Shown: positions 49,997 through 61,700, numbered from the stretch's first letter. The stretch: DNA of 64,000 bases from an uncultured archaeon (GCA_964384995.1 CAYLMJ010000003.1:25007-89006), one strand, 5' to 3'. Program-made: numbers and translations. The notes: generated from the sequence alone by a model not told the origin.

Positions 49997-52166
49997 ATGA
50001 AATTGGCCATGACATTGGATCGGCATCAAACCAAGCGCCTGGCAGGACCTCTCACTTTTTTTTGTCATCATCATCCTGGCGGGCACCAGCATCTTCCACT
50101 ACAGCCAGCCGGCGGAGCTTCGTGATGGTCCTCACCCCATCGTGCAGGCGTCGTACACCATCGCCCAAACACCCGGCAAGCTCGAAAGTTCTTCCTTGAT
50201 GACACCTGGTGAGATAATCGATCAGCTGATAGGTCTGGGCAAGCATGTGGAGGAGGTACCACAGGAGAGGGAGGGACCGACCCTGCCCCCATTCCAGCGA
50301 CCCACCTTACCCTTCCTTGGCGGCTATCCGGTCATCCCCATCGACGATCCAGACCCAACAACGGGTTCACCCGTTACCGAGCCCTTTCCGACTCGCCATG
50401 ATAGCAACCTGAGCTATTTTGCCTCGTTCGCTGAGTTGGCCGAGTACGTGGATGAGTACAGCTACTATCCATATCGATGGGGTTACTACAACGAGTGCTA
50501 TTTCCTGGTCGATTTCGCTGTAGATTTAGATTCAGATGCCCTTTCAATGAACAGCTTCTCGGGCACCAACAATCAGGTCGTTGGAGTGGATGAGGTGGAC
50601 TCGGTCAAGACCGATGGGCGCTACCTTTACCTCCACAGTGGCGGCTCAATCTACATCATCAAGGCCTATCCCCATTCGGAAGCCCGCATCGTCTCCAAGA
50701 TCGAGAACCACGGCGGGAGCATCCAGGGCCTCTTCATCCATGACGACAGGCTTGTCATCCTCAAGTACTTGAGTCAACCGAGGACCATGCACTATGAGGA
50801 GCAGACCGAGGTCTTCGATGGGGATGTCTGGTACCAGGTGACCGATTCAAGGGTCTCCGAATGGACTTTGAACGAACCCCAGACCCAGGTGTTGATCTAT
50901 GACATCAACCGCAAGGCAAATCCGCGGCAACTTCATGACATGGTCATCCCCGGCAGTTACCAGGGCGCCCGTCTCATCGGCAACGACCTCTACCTAATCA
51001 CCACCCATCGGCTCTACCGCTACGATGACGAGGTGAACTGGCCGGTCATCACGGAGGACGGTCAAAGCCGCATCATCGACCACACTCAGATCGGTTATTT
51101 CGACGATTCTGTGGGCTCAAGCCAGCTGACCATGATCACCAGCCTGAGCGTTCAGCCCGGCATGGTCACCGACAGCAAGGCCGTGCTCTCCAACTCCACC
51201 AACCATATCTACGTCTCCCAGTCGGGCATCTACCTGGCCGGTGCCGACTATGGCTGGTACCGCCAGGATGGCAGCTTCATCCACAAGTTCACCATCGACG
51301 AGGGACAGGTGTCCTATGTTGGCATGGGCCTGGTCCCGGGCTGGATCGACAACCAGTTCGCCATGGACGAGCACAAGGGCCATCTGCGGGTGGCCACGAC
51401 CATCGGCTTTGTCTCCAAGTCCAATCCCACCTCCACCAACAACCTCTACATCCTTGATGGTACCATGACCACCGTGGGCAAGCTGGAGGGACTGGCGCCG
51501 GGCGAGCAGATCTACTCGGCCCGCTTCATGGGCGATCGCGGCTACATGGTCACCTTCAAGAAGGTCGACCCCTTCTTCGTCATCGACCTGTCCGATCCCA
51601 CCGACCCCACGATGCTGGGCTACCTCAAGATACCCGGCTATTCCGATTACATGCATCCCTACGATGAGAACCATGTCATCGGTCTGGGCAAGGACACGAT
51701 GGAGGCTTCCAGCGGCAACTTCGCCTGGTACCAGGGTCTCAAGCTATCGTTGTTCGATGTTACCGACGTGGCCCATCCCAAGGAGGTCTCCAAGCTCATC
51801 ATCGGCGATCGCGGCACCGAATCGGAAGCGCTCCATGACCACAGGGCCTTCCAGTTCTTTGGGGCTCACGACAAGATAGTCATTCCGGTCGACCTGTACG
51901 AGGTCCAGAACCCAAACGGGCGTGACAACCAGCATGGTGAGTTCGTCTGGCAGGGTGCCTATGTGATATCCCTTACCCTGGAGGATGGCTTCCAGATTTT
52001 CGGTCGAGTCTCGCACATCGGTACCAATGCTTCCCAGTATTCATACAATGACAGGATCCAGCGTTCACTCTACATCGAGGACGTGCTTTACACAATCTCA
52101 CCGGAGCAGGTGGCGCTCAACGATATCAACAACCTGAACCGCCTGGAGACCATCAAGCTGGAGTGA
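49997..52166 (+). CDS. Secreted protein with a C-terminal beta-propeller domain (archaeal COG4880-like); its N-terminus is interrupted by a frameshift at a T8 run
   Basis: The track ORF 50142..52166 carries beta-propeller-domain motifs (VDEVDSVKTDGRYLY..., ...LSLFDVTDVAHPKEVSKLIIGDRGTESEALHDHRAF). The ATG at 49997 encodes MKLAMTLDRHQTKRLAGPLTFF in the neighbouring frame. Deleting one T of the run at 50056-50063 joins it to ...VIIILAGTSIFHYSQP..., a signal anchor, and then to the track ORF. Confidence 0.65.
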
Positions 52167-52248
52167 AGGGAACGACCAACCATCACCCCTCACGGTCAAC
52201 TATCCCTTCACCCAACTTTATAAGCCTGGGTCCTCCTTCAGCCCCAGC

Positions 52249-53346
52249 ATGAACTCTCCACCGGACGAGACCATCACCGAGCAGCGCAAGGGCCACCACA
52301 TCGACATCTGCCTGGACGAACCGGTGGGCAACGTGTCCAACCTGTGGGAGGGCATCCACCTGATGCACCAGGCCCTGCCCGAGGTGGACCTGGACGCCAT
52401 CGACGTCTCCTGCAAGCTCTTCGGACGCCAGCTGGAGGCTCCGCTGGTCATCTCGGCCATGACCGGGGGCATCGATCGGGCCACCAGCATCAACGCCAAC
52501 CTGGCTGAGGCGGCGGCCGAATGCGGCATCGGCATGGGCGTCGGCTCCCAGCGGGCCGCCATCGAGAAGCCCTCACTCGCCGATACCTACAGCGTGGTGG
52601 CCGAGCACGACGTCCCCCTGAGGCTGGGCAACCTGGGGGCCCCACAGCTCATCGGACAGGGCGACGGGGTCGAACCCTACGGCGTGGAGCAGGCCAAGGC
52701 CGCCCTGGAGATGATCGACGGCCACGTCCTGGCCCTGCACATCAACTACCTGCAAGAGGTGGTCCAGCCCGAGGGCGACCACAAGGCCGAGGGCGCCCTG
52801 GAGGCCATGACCCGCCTCGCCAAGCAGGTGCCCGTCGTGGCCAAGGAGACCGGGGCCGGGCTCAACCGGGACATGGCCCTGGCCCTGGCCGATACTCCCA
52901 TCATGGGTCTGGACGTCGGCGGAGCAGGCGGCACCTCATTCTCCAAGGTGGAGTACTACCGCGCCCGGGACCGGGATGAGCCCCTGCGGGCCCGGCTGGG
53001 GGTGACCTTCGGCAACTGGGGCATCCCCACGCCCGCCAGCGTGGTCATGGCCCGGGCCACGGGTCTGCCCATCATCGCCACCGGCGGTCTCAACACCGGC
53101 CTCGACGTGGCCCGCGCCATTGTCCTGGGCTCCAGCGCCGGAGGGATGGCCCGCGCCTTCCTGAAGGCCGCCACCCAGTCCAAGGAGGCGGTGGTCAACG
53201 AGATCAACACCATCATCGAGGAGCTGAAAGCGGCCATGTTCCTGGTGGGCGTCACCAACCTGAACGAGCTGGCCGATGAACCCTACCTGGTGCTGGGCGA
53301 CCTGAAGCCCTGGATGGACATGGCCCGGGAGCAGGCCCTGGGGTGA
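52249..53346 (+). CDS. fni: Isopentenyl-diphosphate delta-isomerase, type 2 (FMN-dependent)
   Basis: ...RKGHHIDICL...LEAPLVISAMTGGIDRATSINANLAEAAAECGIGMGVGSQRAA... plus a glycine-rich FMN-binding C-terminus. Confidence 0.85.
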   Translation: MNSPPDETITEQRKGHHIDICLDEPVGNVSNLWEGIHLMHQALPEVDLDAIDVSCKLFGRQLEAPLVISAMTGGIDRATSINANLAEAAAECGIGMGVGSQRAAIEKPSLADTYSVVAEHDVPLRLGNLGAPQLIGQGDGVEPYGVEQAKAALEMIDGHVLALHINYLQEVVQPEGDHKAEGALEAMTRLAKQVPVVAKETGAGLNRDMALALADTPIMGLDVGGAGGTSFSKVEYYRARDRDEPLRARLGVTFGNWGIPTPASVVMARATGLPIIATGGLNTGLDVARAIVLGSSAGGMARAFLKAATQSKEAVVNEINTIIEELKAAMFLVGVTNLNELADEPYLVLGDLKPWMDMAREQALG

Positions 53347-53438
53347 TGAGCGGCAACCGATGGGCAACAGGCGAATTATCAAAATCACAGGAACACGAGT
53401 ACAGCAAACTTGTCAACAAGCGAGAAGAGGCATTTCCC

Positions 53439-54434
53439 ATGACCCCTGATTTCAAGACAGCCCTGAAGGAGCGCGCCCGCATCGTGGAGGAGGCCCTGCC
53501 CGGATTCATCGGTCTCAAGAAGGGTGATCCCCCCCGCCTCTACCAGGCCATGGCCCACATTCCCCTGGCCGGAGGCAAGCGCCTGCGCCCGGTGATGACC
53601 CTGCTGACCAACGAGCTGGTGGGCGGTGACCCCCAGCAGGCCCTGCCCTACGGCTGTGCCCTGGAGATGGTCCACAACTTCACCCTCATCCACGACGACA
53701 TCATGGACGATGACGACCTGCGCCACGGGGCCGATGCCTGTCACATCACCTACGACATGAACACCGCCATCAACGCCGGGGACGCCCTCTTCGCCCAGGC
53801 CTTCAAGGTGGCCGCCGAGACCCCCTGCGAGCCCGACCGGGTGGCCCATCTGGTGCGCAAGCTGGCCCAGATCGTGGTGATCATCGCCGAGGGTCAGCAG
53901 ATGGACATGGACTTCGAGACCCAGGAGGTGGTGAAGGCCGCCGACTACCTGGAGATGGTGCGGCGCAAGACTGCCGTCATATTCGGACTGGCCGCCTACA
54001 GCGGAGCCCTCATCGGCGGCGCCACCGAGGAGCAGGCCCAGTCCCTCTACGAGATGGCCGAGGGTGTGGGTCTGGGCTTCCAGATCTGGGACGATGTCAT
54101 CGACGCCACTGTGGACTCGGACAAGCTGGGCAAGCCCACAGGCTCCGATATCCGCCAGGGCAAGCGCACCCTGCTGGTGCTCACCGCCCTGGAGCGGGCC
54201 ACGCCCGAGCAGGCCGCCCGCCTTACCGAGATCCTGGACCGGACCGACAACACCGAGGCCGAGGTGGCCGAGGCGGTGCAGATAATGCGGGACTCGGGAG
54301 CCATCGACCTGTGCACCCAGCAAGCATTGGATCACGCCGCCCGGGCCCGGGAGGTCCTGGCCAGCTTCCCCGCCGGACCCGCTCGGGATGTGATGGCGGG
54401 CCTGGTGGACTACCTTGTCGAGCGGAGCTACTGA
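53439..54434 (+). CDS. idsA: Short-chain trans-polyprenyl diphosphate synthase (geranylgeranyl diphosphate synthase-like)
   Basis: FARM LIHDDIMDDDDLRHG and SARM GFQIWDDVIDATVDSDKLGKPTGSDIRQGKRT. Start taken at the ATG (MTPDFKT); the track starts earlier, at a GTG at 53343. Confidence 0.85.
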   Translation: MTPDFKTALKERARIVEEALPGFIGLKKGDPPRLYQAMAHIPLAGGKRLRPVMTLLTNELVGGDPQQALPYGCALEMVHNFTLIHDDIMDDDDLRHGADACHITYDMNTAINAGDALFAQAFKVAAETPCEPDRVAHLVRKLAQIVVIIAEGQQMDMDFETQEVVKAADYLEMVRRKTAVIFGLAAYSGALIGGATEEQAQSLYEMAEGVGLGFQIWDDVIDATVDSDKLGKPTGSDIRQGKRTLLVLTALERATPEQAARLTEILDRTDNTEAEVAEAVQIMRDSGAIDLCTQQALDHAARAREVLASFPAGPARDVMAGLVDYLVERSY

Positions 54435-54563
54435 GCCGAAAGCATTGCGAGCTACAGGCCAACCTCAAGCCAACACCCAGCGTACCCCCGGTGAACCTCC
54501 AGCGATCTTGAAGCCAAATCAAAGCTAAAACCCAAAGCTAAACCTCTAAATCCCCGGCGCCCC

Positions 54564-55664
54564 TTGGTGGCCCCGGTAGTGCCCATGGCCTCGGACCCTT
54601 CTACCACTCCTGACAAGATAAACAACGATATTCGAGCGGCTCTGGAGAAGCTCGACAACATCAATGTCCAGGAAGTCCATCTTGTGGATTACCTAACCCC
54701 GGCCCTGCCCAAGGGCAAGGAGATAACCTTCCATTGCACCGACAAGGAGGGCCGCCGCAGTGGCACCGGGGATCTCTTCGCCGCCTACACCAACGGCGCC
54801 CGCCTCATCGTGGAGGGCAATGTGGGGCGCTTCACCGCCGACTCCATGGTGGGGGGTGAGATGGTCATCAACGGCAATGCCGGGCGAGGCCTGGCCCACA
54901 ACCTCCAGGGAGGCACAGTGGTGGTGCGGGGCGATGTGGACAAGGGAGCGGCCATGCTCATGGCCGGAGGCACTCTGATCGTCGACGGCAATGCCGGGGA
55001 CGCCTCGTGCACCGCCATGTCAGGGGGTACGGTCATCATCACCGGCGAGGTGGCCGGTCGTTTGGCCAAGTCCATGTCCGGCGGCACCATCTACCTGGCC
55101 GGCTCCATCCCCCAGCTGGAGTCCCACATCAAGGTCCGCCGGCCCACACCGGCCAAGCGTCAGGAGCTGACCCGCCTCCTCCAAGGCTTCGCCATCGAGG
55201 CCACCGGCATATCCTTCAACCAGCTCATTCCCGACAAGAACGCGGTGGCGGCTTCTCCCACGACGGCCATACCCGCACCACCCTCGGAGCCGGAGGCCGA
55301 GATGGTGGAGGATGACGATGATGAGGATGACGACGAAGTCCTTGATGCTCTGCCTGATGAGGACGACGAGGACGACGTCGATGATGAAGACGATGAAGAT
55401 GAAGACGATGAAGATGATGACGATGAGGATGACGATGATGAGGATGACGACGAGGGCCCCATGGAGGCCGAGCTGGAGGCTCCACCCCGGGATCCCATGG
55501 GCGCGGCCGTGACCGCCACCCTCCACGATGTCCCACCCCCCGACAAGAAGGAAGAGGCCACCGAGGATCCCAAGCCCAAAAGCAAGCCCGATGCAAAGGC
55601 CAAGGCCAAGAAGACCCCGGCTCCCAAGAAGGCCAAGGCTGACAAGAAGGAGGGCTCCAAATGA
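54564..55664 (+). CDS. GXGXG-motif protein (glutamate synthase alpha C-terminal-domain / FwdC-like beta-helix) with a poly-Asp/Glu stretch and a Lys/Ala/Pro-rich basic tail
   Basis: Repeats of ...NGNAGRGLAHNLQGGTVVVRGDVDKGAAMLMAGGTLIVDGNAGDASCTAMSGGTVIITGEVAGRLAKSMSGGTIYLAG. Then about 45 consecutive acidic residues, then KPKSKPDAKAKAKKTPAPKKAKADKKEGSK. Confidence 0.55.
   Translation: MVAPVVPMASDPSTTPDKINNDIRAALEKLDNINVQEVHLVDYLTPALPKGKEITFHCTDKEGRRSGTGDLFAAYTNGARLIVEGNVGRFTADSMVGGEMVINGNAGRGLAHNLQGGTVVVRGDVDKGAAMLMAGGTLIVDGNAGDASCTAMSGGTVIITGEVAGRLAKSMSGGTIYLAGSIPQLESHIKVRRPTPAKRQELTRLLQGFAIEATGISFNQLIPDKNAVAASPTTAIPAPPSEPEAEMVEDDDDEDDDEVLDALPDEDDEDDVDDEDDEDEDDEDDDDEDDDDEDDDEGPMEAELEAPPRDPMGAAVTATLHDVPPPDKKEEATEDPKPKSKPDAKAKAKKTPAPKKAKADKKEGSK
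55306..55455 (+). repeat. GAN trinucleotide (gat/gac/gaa/gag) microsatellite-like run encoding the poly-Asp/Glu tract
   Basis: About 150 nt made almost entirely of GAY/GAR codons. Confidence 0.5.
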
Positions 55665-56473
55665 GCCCCGACCTGTCCGACCTGGCCCTGCGCCCGGCAG
55701 TCCTGCGCCGGGAGGTCCATTCAGAGGGTCTGACCGGGGTCGACATCTCGGTCACCTTCGCTGGAAAACGGCTCTCGGCCGGGCAGTCAAAGTTCCCCCA
55801 CCCCTTCCTGTGGGAGGGGCCTGGAGCCCCCCAGGTGGTCCGCAGACAGACCTCGGGCGGGAAGGTGGACCCCAAGCTCTTCGAGGTCTGCCAGGGCGCC
55901 GAGATGGACCTGACCCCCAGGGGACTCACCATGCGCTCACTGGCAATGGAAGGCCCCAAGGACCTGCGCCACAATCTCAACCTGCTCAGGGAGGCCACCC
56001 GCGGCCGGGTCCCGGTCTGGGTCCGCATGGCCTGTGGCGATGTCTACGACGATCTGAAGATAGCCCTGAAGGCCGGTGCCGACGGGGTGTTGCTGGACCC
56101 GAGCATCGGTGGCGGATTGCCTCTGATAGCCGCCCTGGCCCCGGCCCGGCGGGCCCTGGACGAACTGGGAGGCGACAAGGCCAAACTGCCCAAGCTGATG
56201 GTCGTGGCCGGACCCGACCAGGCCCCCGAGGCGGCCGACCATGTCAAGCTCCTGGCCCTGGGAGCCGACATGATCCACCTCGACCGCCCTCTCCCCATCG
56301 CGGAGGTGGAGCGGCTGGCCAGGGAGGTGGCCCGGTTAGTGGGCTTGTGTGGTCATCGTACCCTGGCGGGCCTGTCATCCGAGGACCTCTACGCCCTGTC
56401 GTATGACACCGCGGCCCTGACCGGATTGCGTCTGGCCGGCTACGACTCTCGCATCCCCATGTGGAGCCACTGA
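55661..56473 (+). CDS. Hypothetical protein, possibly a divergent TIM-barrel (glutamate synthase FMN-domain-like) partner of the GXGXG protein
   Basis: Start overlaps the upstream stop by 4 nt. Weak motif ...KAGADGVLLDPSIGGGLPLIAA...LLALGADMIHLDRPL; the family assignment is tentative. Confidence 0.35.
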   Translation: MSPDLSDLALRPAVLRREVHSEGLTGVDISVTFAGKRLSAGQSKFPHPFLWEGPGAPQVVRRQTSGGKVDPKLFEVCQGAEMDLTPRGLTMRSLAMEGPKDLRHNLNLLREATRGRVPVWVRMACGDVYDDLKIALKAGADGVLLDPSIGGGLPLIAALAPARRALDELGGDKAKLPKLMVVAGPDQAPEAADHVKLLALGADMIHLDRPLPIAEVERLAREVARLVGLCGHRTLAGLSSEDLYALSYDTAALTGLRLAGYDSRIPMWSH

Positions 56474-56773
56474 GCTTTCGATGACCGAACAGCCCCGGTA
56501 TGGATACAGAAGCAGAGACAGTGTCACCTCGGAGGCTGTCAGGTGTGAAAAGACCTCATGTATGAAAATTAAGGCTGGAATCCATATCCCTGAGGAATTA
56601 AGGCGATAAACCTCAATCGAGAAATATTGGTGAACCTGGATTTATTCATCGGTGAGAATCGACCCTAGTACAGGCCTCTATCGCTACGCCCTCCGATACT
56701 CCTAAAGCCCGCCTCCCCAATGCCCGCCCATGCCAGAATGGTGCCTGTTCTTAGCCCTTAATCCCTCGCCCCG

Positions 56774-57865
56774 GTGGTGTGGATTGCGCGCGTGACCGGC
56801 GGTCCAGCCGGGGCTCCTGCTCCCCGTTTCAGGCCCCGGCAGAAGGTGGGCGTTGCCACCACCGATTTTGCGCTCTTTGCCGATGTGGTGGAGAGCCTGA
56901 AACAGGCGGGGATACCGTTCGTCGATTGTGACCCCCAGGGCAAGGTGCCCGGCAACGTGGGCGTGGTGGTGACCTCCGCCAAAGAGGCCAGCCAGGCCTG
57001 GCCGGAAGGAGGCCATAAGAGACCGGAAACGCCATCGACGAGCGGGACCGAGGGGGCATATTCCGGGGAGCGGGAGACCATTGACCCCCAGCTTCGCTGG
57101 AAGGGTTGCCGGGTCCTGGCCCTCGGCTGGGATGACCTTCTGCCCGGACAGAGGGACCGGGAGCTGGCCCTGCTGCCCTTCCGGGTGATGTGGGCCCTGG
57201 CCGGCTACCCCCTGCTGTGGGTGGGCGTGGACCCCGGACCCCGCCCCGGCATCGCCATCCTGGCCTCAGGTACCGGCACCCGCGCTGGCACGGGAGCGGC
57301 ACCCAGTTCCCCGGGTCTTCTGGTCGACTACCAGGCCGCCGACGAGGAGCAGGCATTGGCCTACCTGCTGGGAGTGCTGATGGCGGTGGGCCCGGGGATG
57401 ATGGTGGTGCGGGTGGGCCACGGAGCCCCACTGCCCCGCAACCGCCTGGCCAACGGCGTCATGGAGGCCGCCACAACCCTGTGGGGCGATGGCTCGACCC
57501 CCGATGTCGATCCGGAGCCAGGCCCGGATGAGCAGGATGCCGCCTCCCCTGGCGGTACCGCCTCGATATCGGCGCCGGCCGTGGCGGTGGAGATAGTGGA
57601 CGAGACCGGCTCAAGCAGTGGCACTCGCAAGGAGTCCAACCTGGCCGCGGCGGCGCGCATCGCCACCGTCCCCGGCTATCGGCTTAGCAAGCCCCTGCGC
57701 ACCCATGTCAAGCCCACCGACATCACCAAGGTCCAGGAGCGCTCGCGACTCAAGACCGGAGGCCTGAGGACATTATCGGCCAAGATGGCAGAAGCGGTGG
57801 CCGCCGGTGAGCTGACCATGGAAGAGGCCTTGGAGAGGGATGCAAAGGAAGCCGAGATGGCCTGA
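56774..57865 (+). CDS. Hypothetical protein of 363 aa
   Basis: Long GC3-rich ORF with a GTG start, preceded by a 300-bp moderately A/T-rich intergenic region; no recognisable motif. Confidence 0.3.
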   Translation: MVWIARVTGGPAGAPAPRFRPRQKVGVATTDFALFADVVESLKQAGIPFVDCDPQGKVPGNVGVVVTSAKEASQAWPEGGHKRPETPSTSGTEGAYSGERETIDPQLRWKGCRVLALGWDDLLPGQRDRELALLPFRVMWALAGYPLLWVGVDPGPRPGIAILASGTGTRAGTGAAPSSPGLLVDYQAADEEQALAYLLGVLMAVGPGMMVVRVGHGAPLPRNRLANGVMEAATTLWGDGSTPDVDPEPGPDEQDAASPGGTASISAPAVAVEIVDETGSSSGTRKESNLAAAARIATVPGYRLSKPLRTHVKPTDITKVQERSRLKTGGLRTLSAKMAEAVAAGELTMEEALERDAKEAEMA

Positions 57866-57974
57866 TCATCCCGCTCTCACCGACGACATGAACGCACGTG
57901 CCGCCATGTAACTACAAAGGCAGATACAGCTACATCTCACCACCTCCTTATAGCCCCTCCTCATTGCCTGCTCC

Positions 57975-58487
57975 ATGCCCGCTGAACCCGTCGCCGACCA
58001 TACTCTTGGCTCATCTCCCGGCCAACCTCTGCTCCTGCGTTTCCATCCGGGCGCCATCATGCCGGGGGCACTCTTTGACAAACTGGTCGAGGTCAACCCA
58101 TCCTTGGAAGCGGAGGCAGGCCAAACCAATCCTCAAGGCACCGGCAACTGGTTGGTCCTGGGGGGCATCGGCATGCTCCGGGATTTCGAGCTGGGCTACT
58201 TCGACGGTGAGGAGTATCACAAGCGCTCCTTTGCCGAGCCATACGAGCTGGTGACCCTTCAGGGCACCGTGGTGGCCCAGGGTCCCGAGGGCCTGCCCAT
58301 CGCCCATCTTCACGCCACCCTGGCCAGTCCCGATCACAGATGTGTGGGCGGCCACCTCTTCAGTGGGGTCGTGGGCGTAACCCTGGAGGTCAACCTCCTG
58401 TCCCTTCCCGGCCCGGCCTCCCGCCAGTTCGAGCCCAGCGGCCTGGCCCTGCTTCAACTGGAGCACCGGATGGCAATGCCAGAGTGA
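57975..58487 (+). CDS. PPC/DUF296-domain protein (plants and prokaryotes conserved domain)
   Basis: ...LVTLQGTVV...PIAHLHATLASPDHRCVGGHLFSGVVGVTLEVNLLSL, matching the DUF296 core. Confidence 0.55.
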   Translation: MPAEPVADHTLGSSPGQPLLLRFHPGAIMPGALFDKLVEVNPSLEAEAGQTNPQGTGNWLVLGGIGMLRDFELGYFDGEEYHKRSFAEPYELVTLQGTVVAQGPEGLPIAHLHATLASPDHRCVGGHLFSGVVGVTLEVNLLSLPGPASRQFEPSGLALLQLEHRMAMPE

Positions 58488-58680
58488 TGCATATTCCAAT
58501 AGCAACCTTCCATCCATCTGTGACCTTGTTCTATTGAATATACTATGCAAATCAGGCTCAAGGAGGCTTATTTGGAGATACTATACGCAAAATCAGTTTG
58601 AAAATAAAGCAGGCTCTGTCCAATTCAAAAAAATCAAAGTATTTTGCATTTTATCATCTTCCTGACCTTATTTCCACACA

Positions 58681-58690
58681 TTTTTATATA
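58681..58690 (+). promoter_or_regulatory. Strong archaeal TATA box TTTTTATATA about 40 nt upstream of the PGF-CTERM protein gene, inside a 230-bp A/T-rich leader region
   Basis: Position and sequence fit an archaeal TATA centred about 27 nt before the TSS; a GGGGTG SD-like element lies 7 nt before the ATG. Confidence 0.4.
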
Positions 58691-58725
58691 ACGGCAACCT
58701 GGCAAAGGCTCAACGGGGTGTATCC

Positions 58726-61700
58726 ATGCCTTCCTCCAAGCAGTTAGTTTGTCTTGTATTAGCCATCGCCCTGACCCTGAGCTACCTGGCTCTGCCCACC
58801 AGCCAGGCCGATGGCGAGAACGCGACCATCAACGGGACCGTGCGCAACAGCGATACCACGCTCCCCATCGAGAATGTCACCGTCGATGCCTACGAACAGG
58901 ACGGTGGTGGCAATTACGAGAACGATACCAACGCCGCGGGCGCCTACACCATGGACGTGGTGGACGGCACCTATACCCTGCGAGCCTCGGAATGGCCCGA
59001 CTACTACATCTTCGAGCGCAACAACGTGAGGGTCAACGAGGGTCAGACCAGGACCGAGGACATCGACCTGATTCCCCACGGCGGCGAGAACTCGGGGATG
59101 GAGGGGACGGTCTACGATGCCGTCACCGGCGACCCCCTGGACGGGGTCTGGATGTACTACCGCGACGCCGACAATGAGACCCACTGGCTTGGCTTCACCA
59201 ACGGCACCGGCGACTACAACGAATCGATGCTCCCCGGATATTGGGACCTCGACGTGTCCAAGGACGGCTACCGCACCGTCAGGGACCATGGTATTCTCCT
59301 GGAGGATGGTAACTGGCTCTCAGGCGATCACTGGCTCTGGCCCGAGAACTCCACCCTGTACGGTCAGGTCACCGACAACGTCACCGGAGACCCCATCGAG
59401 GATGCCTTGATCTACGTCTATCATGGCGACCATGAGGACGATGATTTCTACGACAACCGCACTTACACCGATGACAACGGCGACTATCTCTTCAACCTCT
59501 CCGCCGGGTTCTACAACATGGAGGTCTACGGCCCCGACGGATACTACTCCAACGTGATGTTCCACGTCCCGACGATGACCCTGCCCAACATCGAGGTCGG
59601 CGTGGACCATGACCTGGAGATGGATTTCGCCCTGGATCCCATCAACTTCATGGGCAACATCACCGACAAGGATAGTGATCCCATAACCTTCCCGCCGGCC
59701 ATCATCATGGCCTTCAACATGGAGGGCTTGGCCTTTGGCGGCGATGATGACGGTGATGACGACGAGGGTTTCCCCGGTTTCATCGCCATTCCCGATGAGA
59801 ACGGCTCCTACGAGCTCCACTTGCCTGAGGGCGACTGGCTGGTCATCGCCATGGACTTCGCCCTCATGGAGGACCCCGACAACGCCACCTACGATGCCAA
59901 CCTCACCCGGGTGACCATCGAGGACGCCACCGAGATGAGCTATCACGACTTCACAATGTGGGACCTCAACTCCTCGGTCTCGGGCATCATCACCGATCCC
60001 GATGGACTGCCCCTGGAGAACGCCTCGGTACAGCTGTACAACAACCACACAGTGATGTTCGACGAGAGCAAGATAGTGTTCACCAACAGCGCCGGCGAGT
60101 ATCAGATCGAGGCGGGCCGGGGCGACTTCTTCCTCTTTGTCACATACTCCGAGGGCGAGGATGACAGCCCCTTCGACCCCGCACCCTACAAGACCATCAT
60201 CGATACCTTCACCCTGGGCGAGGAGGATGATCAGGTCAAGAATTACCAGATGGAGGACAGCGATCCCCAGGTCCAGTACCAGAACGCCACCATGGCCGAT
60301 GACTGGCAATCCATGAACACTTCCATCGAGATGATCATGGGCCTAAATCAGACCCAGTGGCTCAGGCTCTGGCTCGATGGTCTCATCGGCAACGGCGACT
60401 ACTACCTGAGCCAGGAGGAGATCGACCGGTTCAACGAGATCATGGACATGGGCGGCGGCGATGATGATGACGACGATGAGAGCCCCTTCAAGGTGGACGA
60501 TATCGAGTTCGTGGAACAGGGCGGGTTCAACGCGACCTTCACGAACGCCGTTGGCGCCTGGGATTCGGCCAACCCCATCAGCCTTAGCGGCAATGGGATC
60601 CTGGAGGCCGAGGAGGAGGTCAGCACCCGCACCATGCACTCCCTGGAGTTCAACGTGTCCTACCATACCGAGTCGGTGACCTTCCTTTACAACTTCACCT
60701 TCCCGGTGGTCTACACCCTGGACTGGAACTCATCCTCCGACAACGTGACCTTCGAGGGCCTCAATCCCATTGACATCATCGTCGTGCAGGACCCGGACCC
60801 CGATGACAACCAAAGGGACGAGACGGTCTGGATCGACATGCGCAAACCCAATGACCTGCCCACGGCGAACATCACCAACATCGACCCCAATCCGGGCACC
60901 GAGGGCCTGGAAGTGTTGTTCGAGGGCGAGGGCACGGATGAGGATGGTGACATCATCGCCTTTGAATGGTACATCGACGATGAGCTGGTCTCCAGCGAAC
61001 CCTCTTTCACCAACGATTCACTGGAGCCTGGCAACTACACCGTGAAGTTCCGGGTCCAGGATGACATGGAAGGCTGGTCCGAGTACGATACCGAGGACCT
61101 GGAGATCGAGGCCCTGCCCAACATCCCGCCCAAGGCCATCATCGACCAGCTTGCTCCCGACCACGCGCCCGAGGGACAGGATGTGAACTTCCAGGGCCAC
61201 GGCGAGGATGACGACGGCACCATCGAGGCCTTCGAGTGGTATCTTGACGATACCCTGCTGTCCGACCTGCAGTCCTTCATCCGCAACAACATCCCCGTGG
61301 GCAACTACACGGTCAGCTTCCGGGTCCAGGACGACGATGGAGTATGGTCCGAGAACGCCACCGCCGAACTGGAGATCATGGATGTCAATGACCCCCCCGA
61401 GGCCGACATCGATGACATCGAACCCAATCCGGCCTACCCCGGCAAGCTCATCACCTTCACCGGCTCGGGTACCGATGATGACGGTACCATCGAGGCCTAC
61501 GAATGGCAGATCGACGGCTGGGTGGCCTCGACCTCGGACACCTTCAGCCTGGACAATCTGACCATCGGGACCCACAACGTGCAATTCGCGGTCATGGACA
61601 ACAACGACACCTGGTCCGAACCGGTGTTCGATCAGGTGGAGATCAAGGGCAACGAGGAACCCTACGCCTCCATCGACAGCATCACCCCCAGCCCGCCCAA

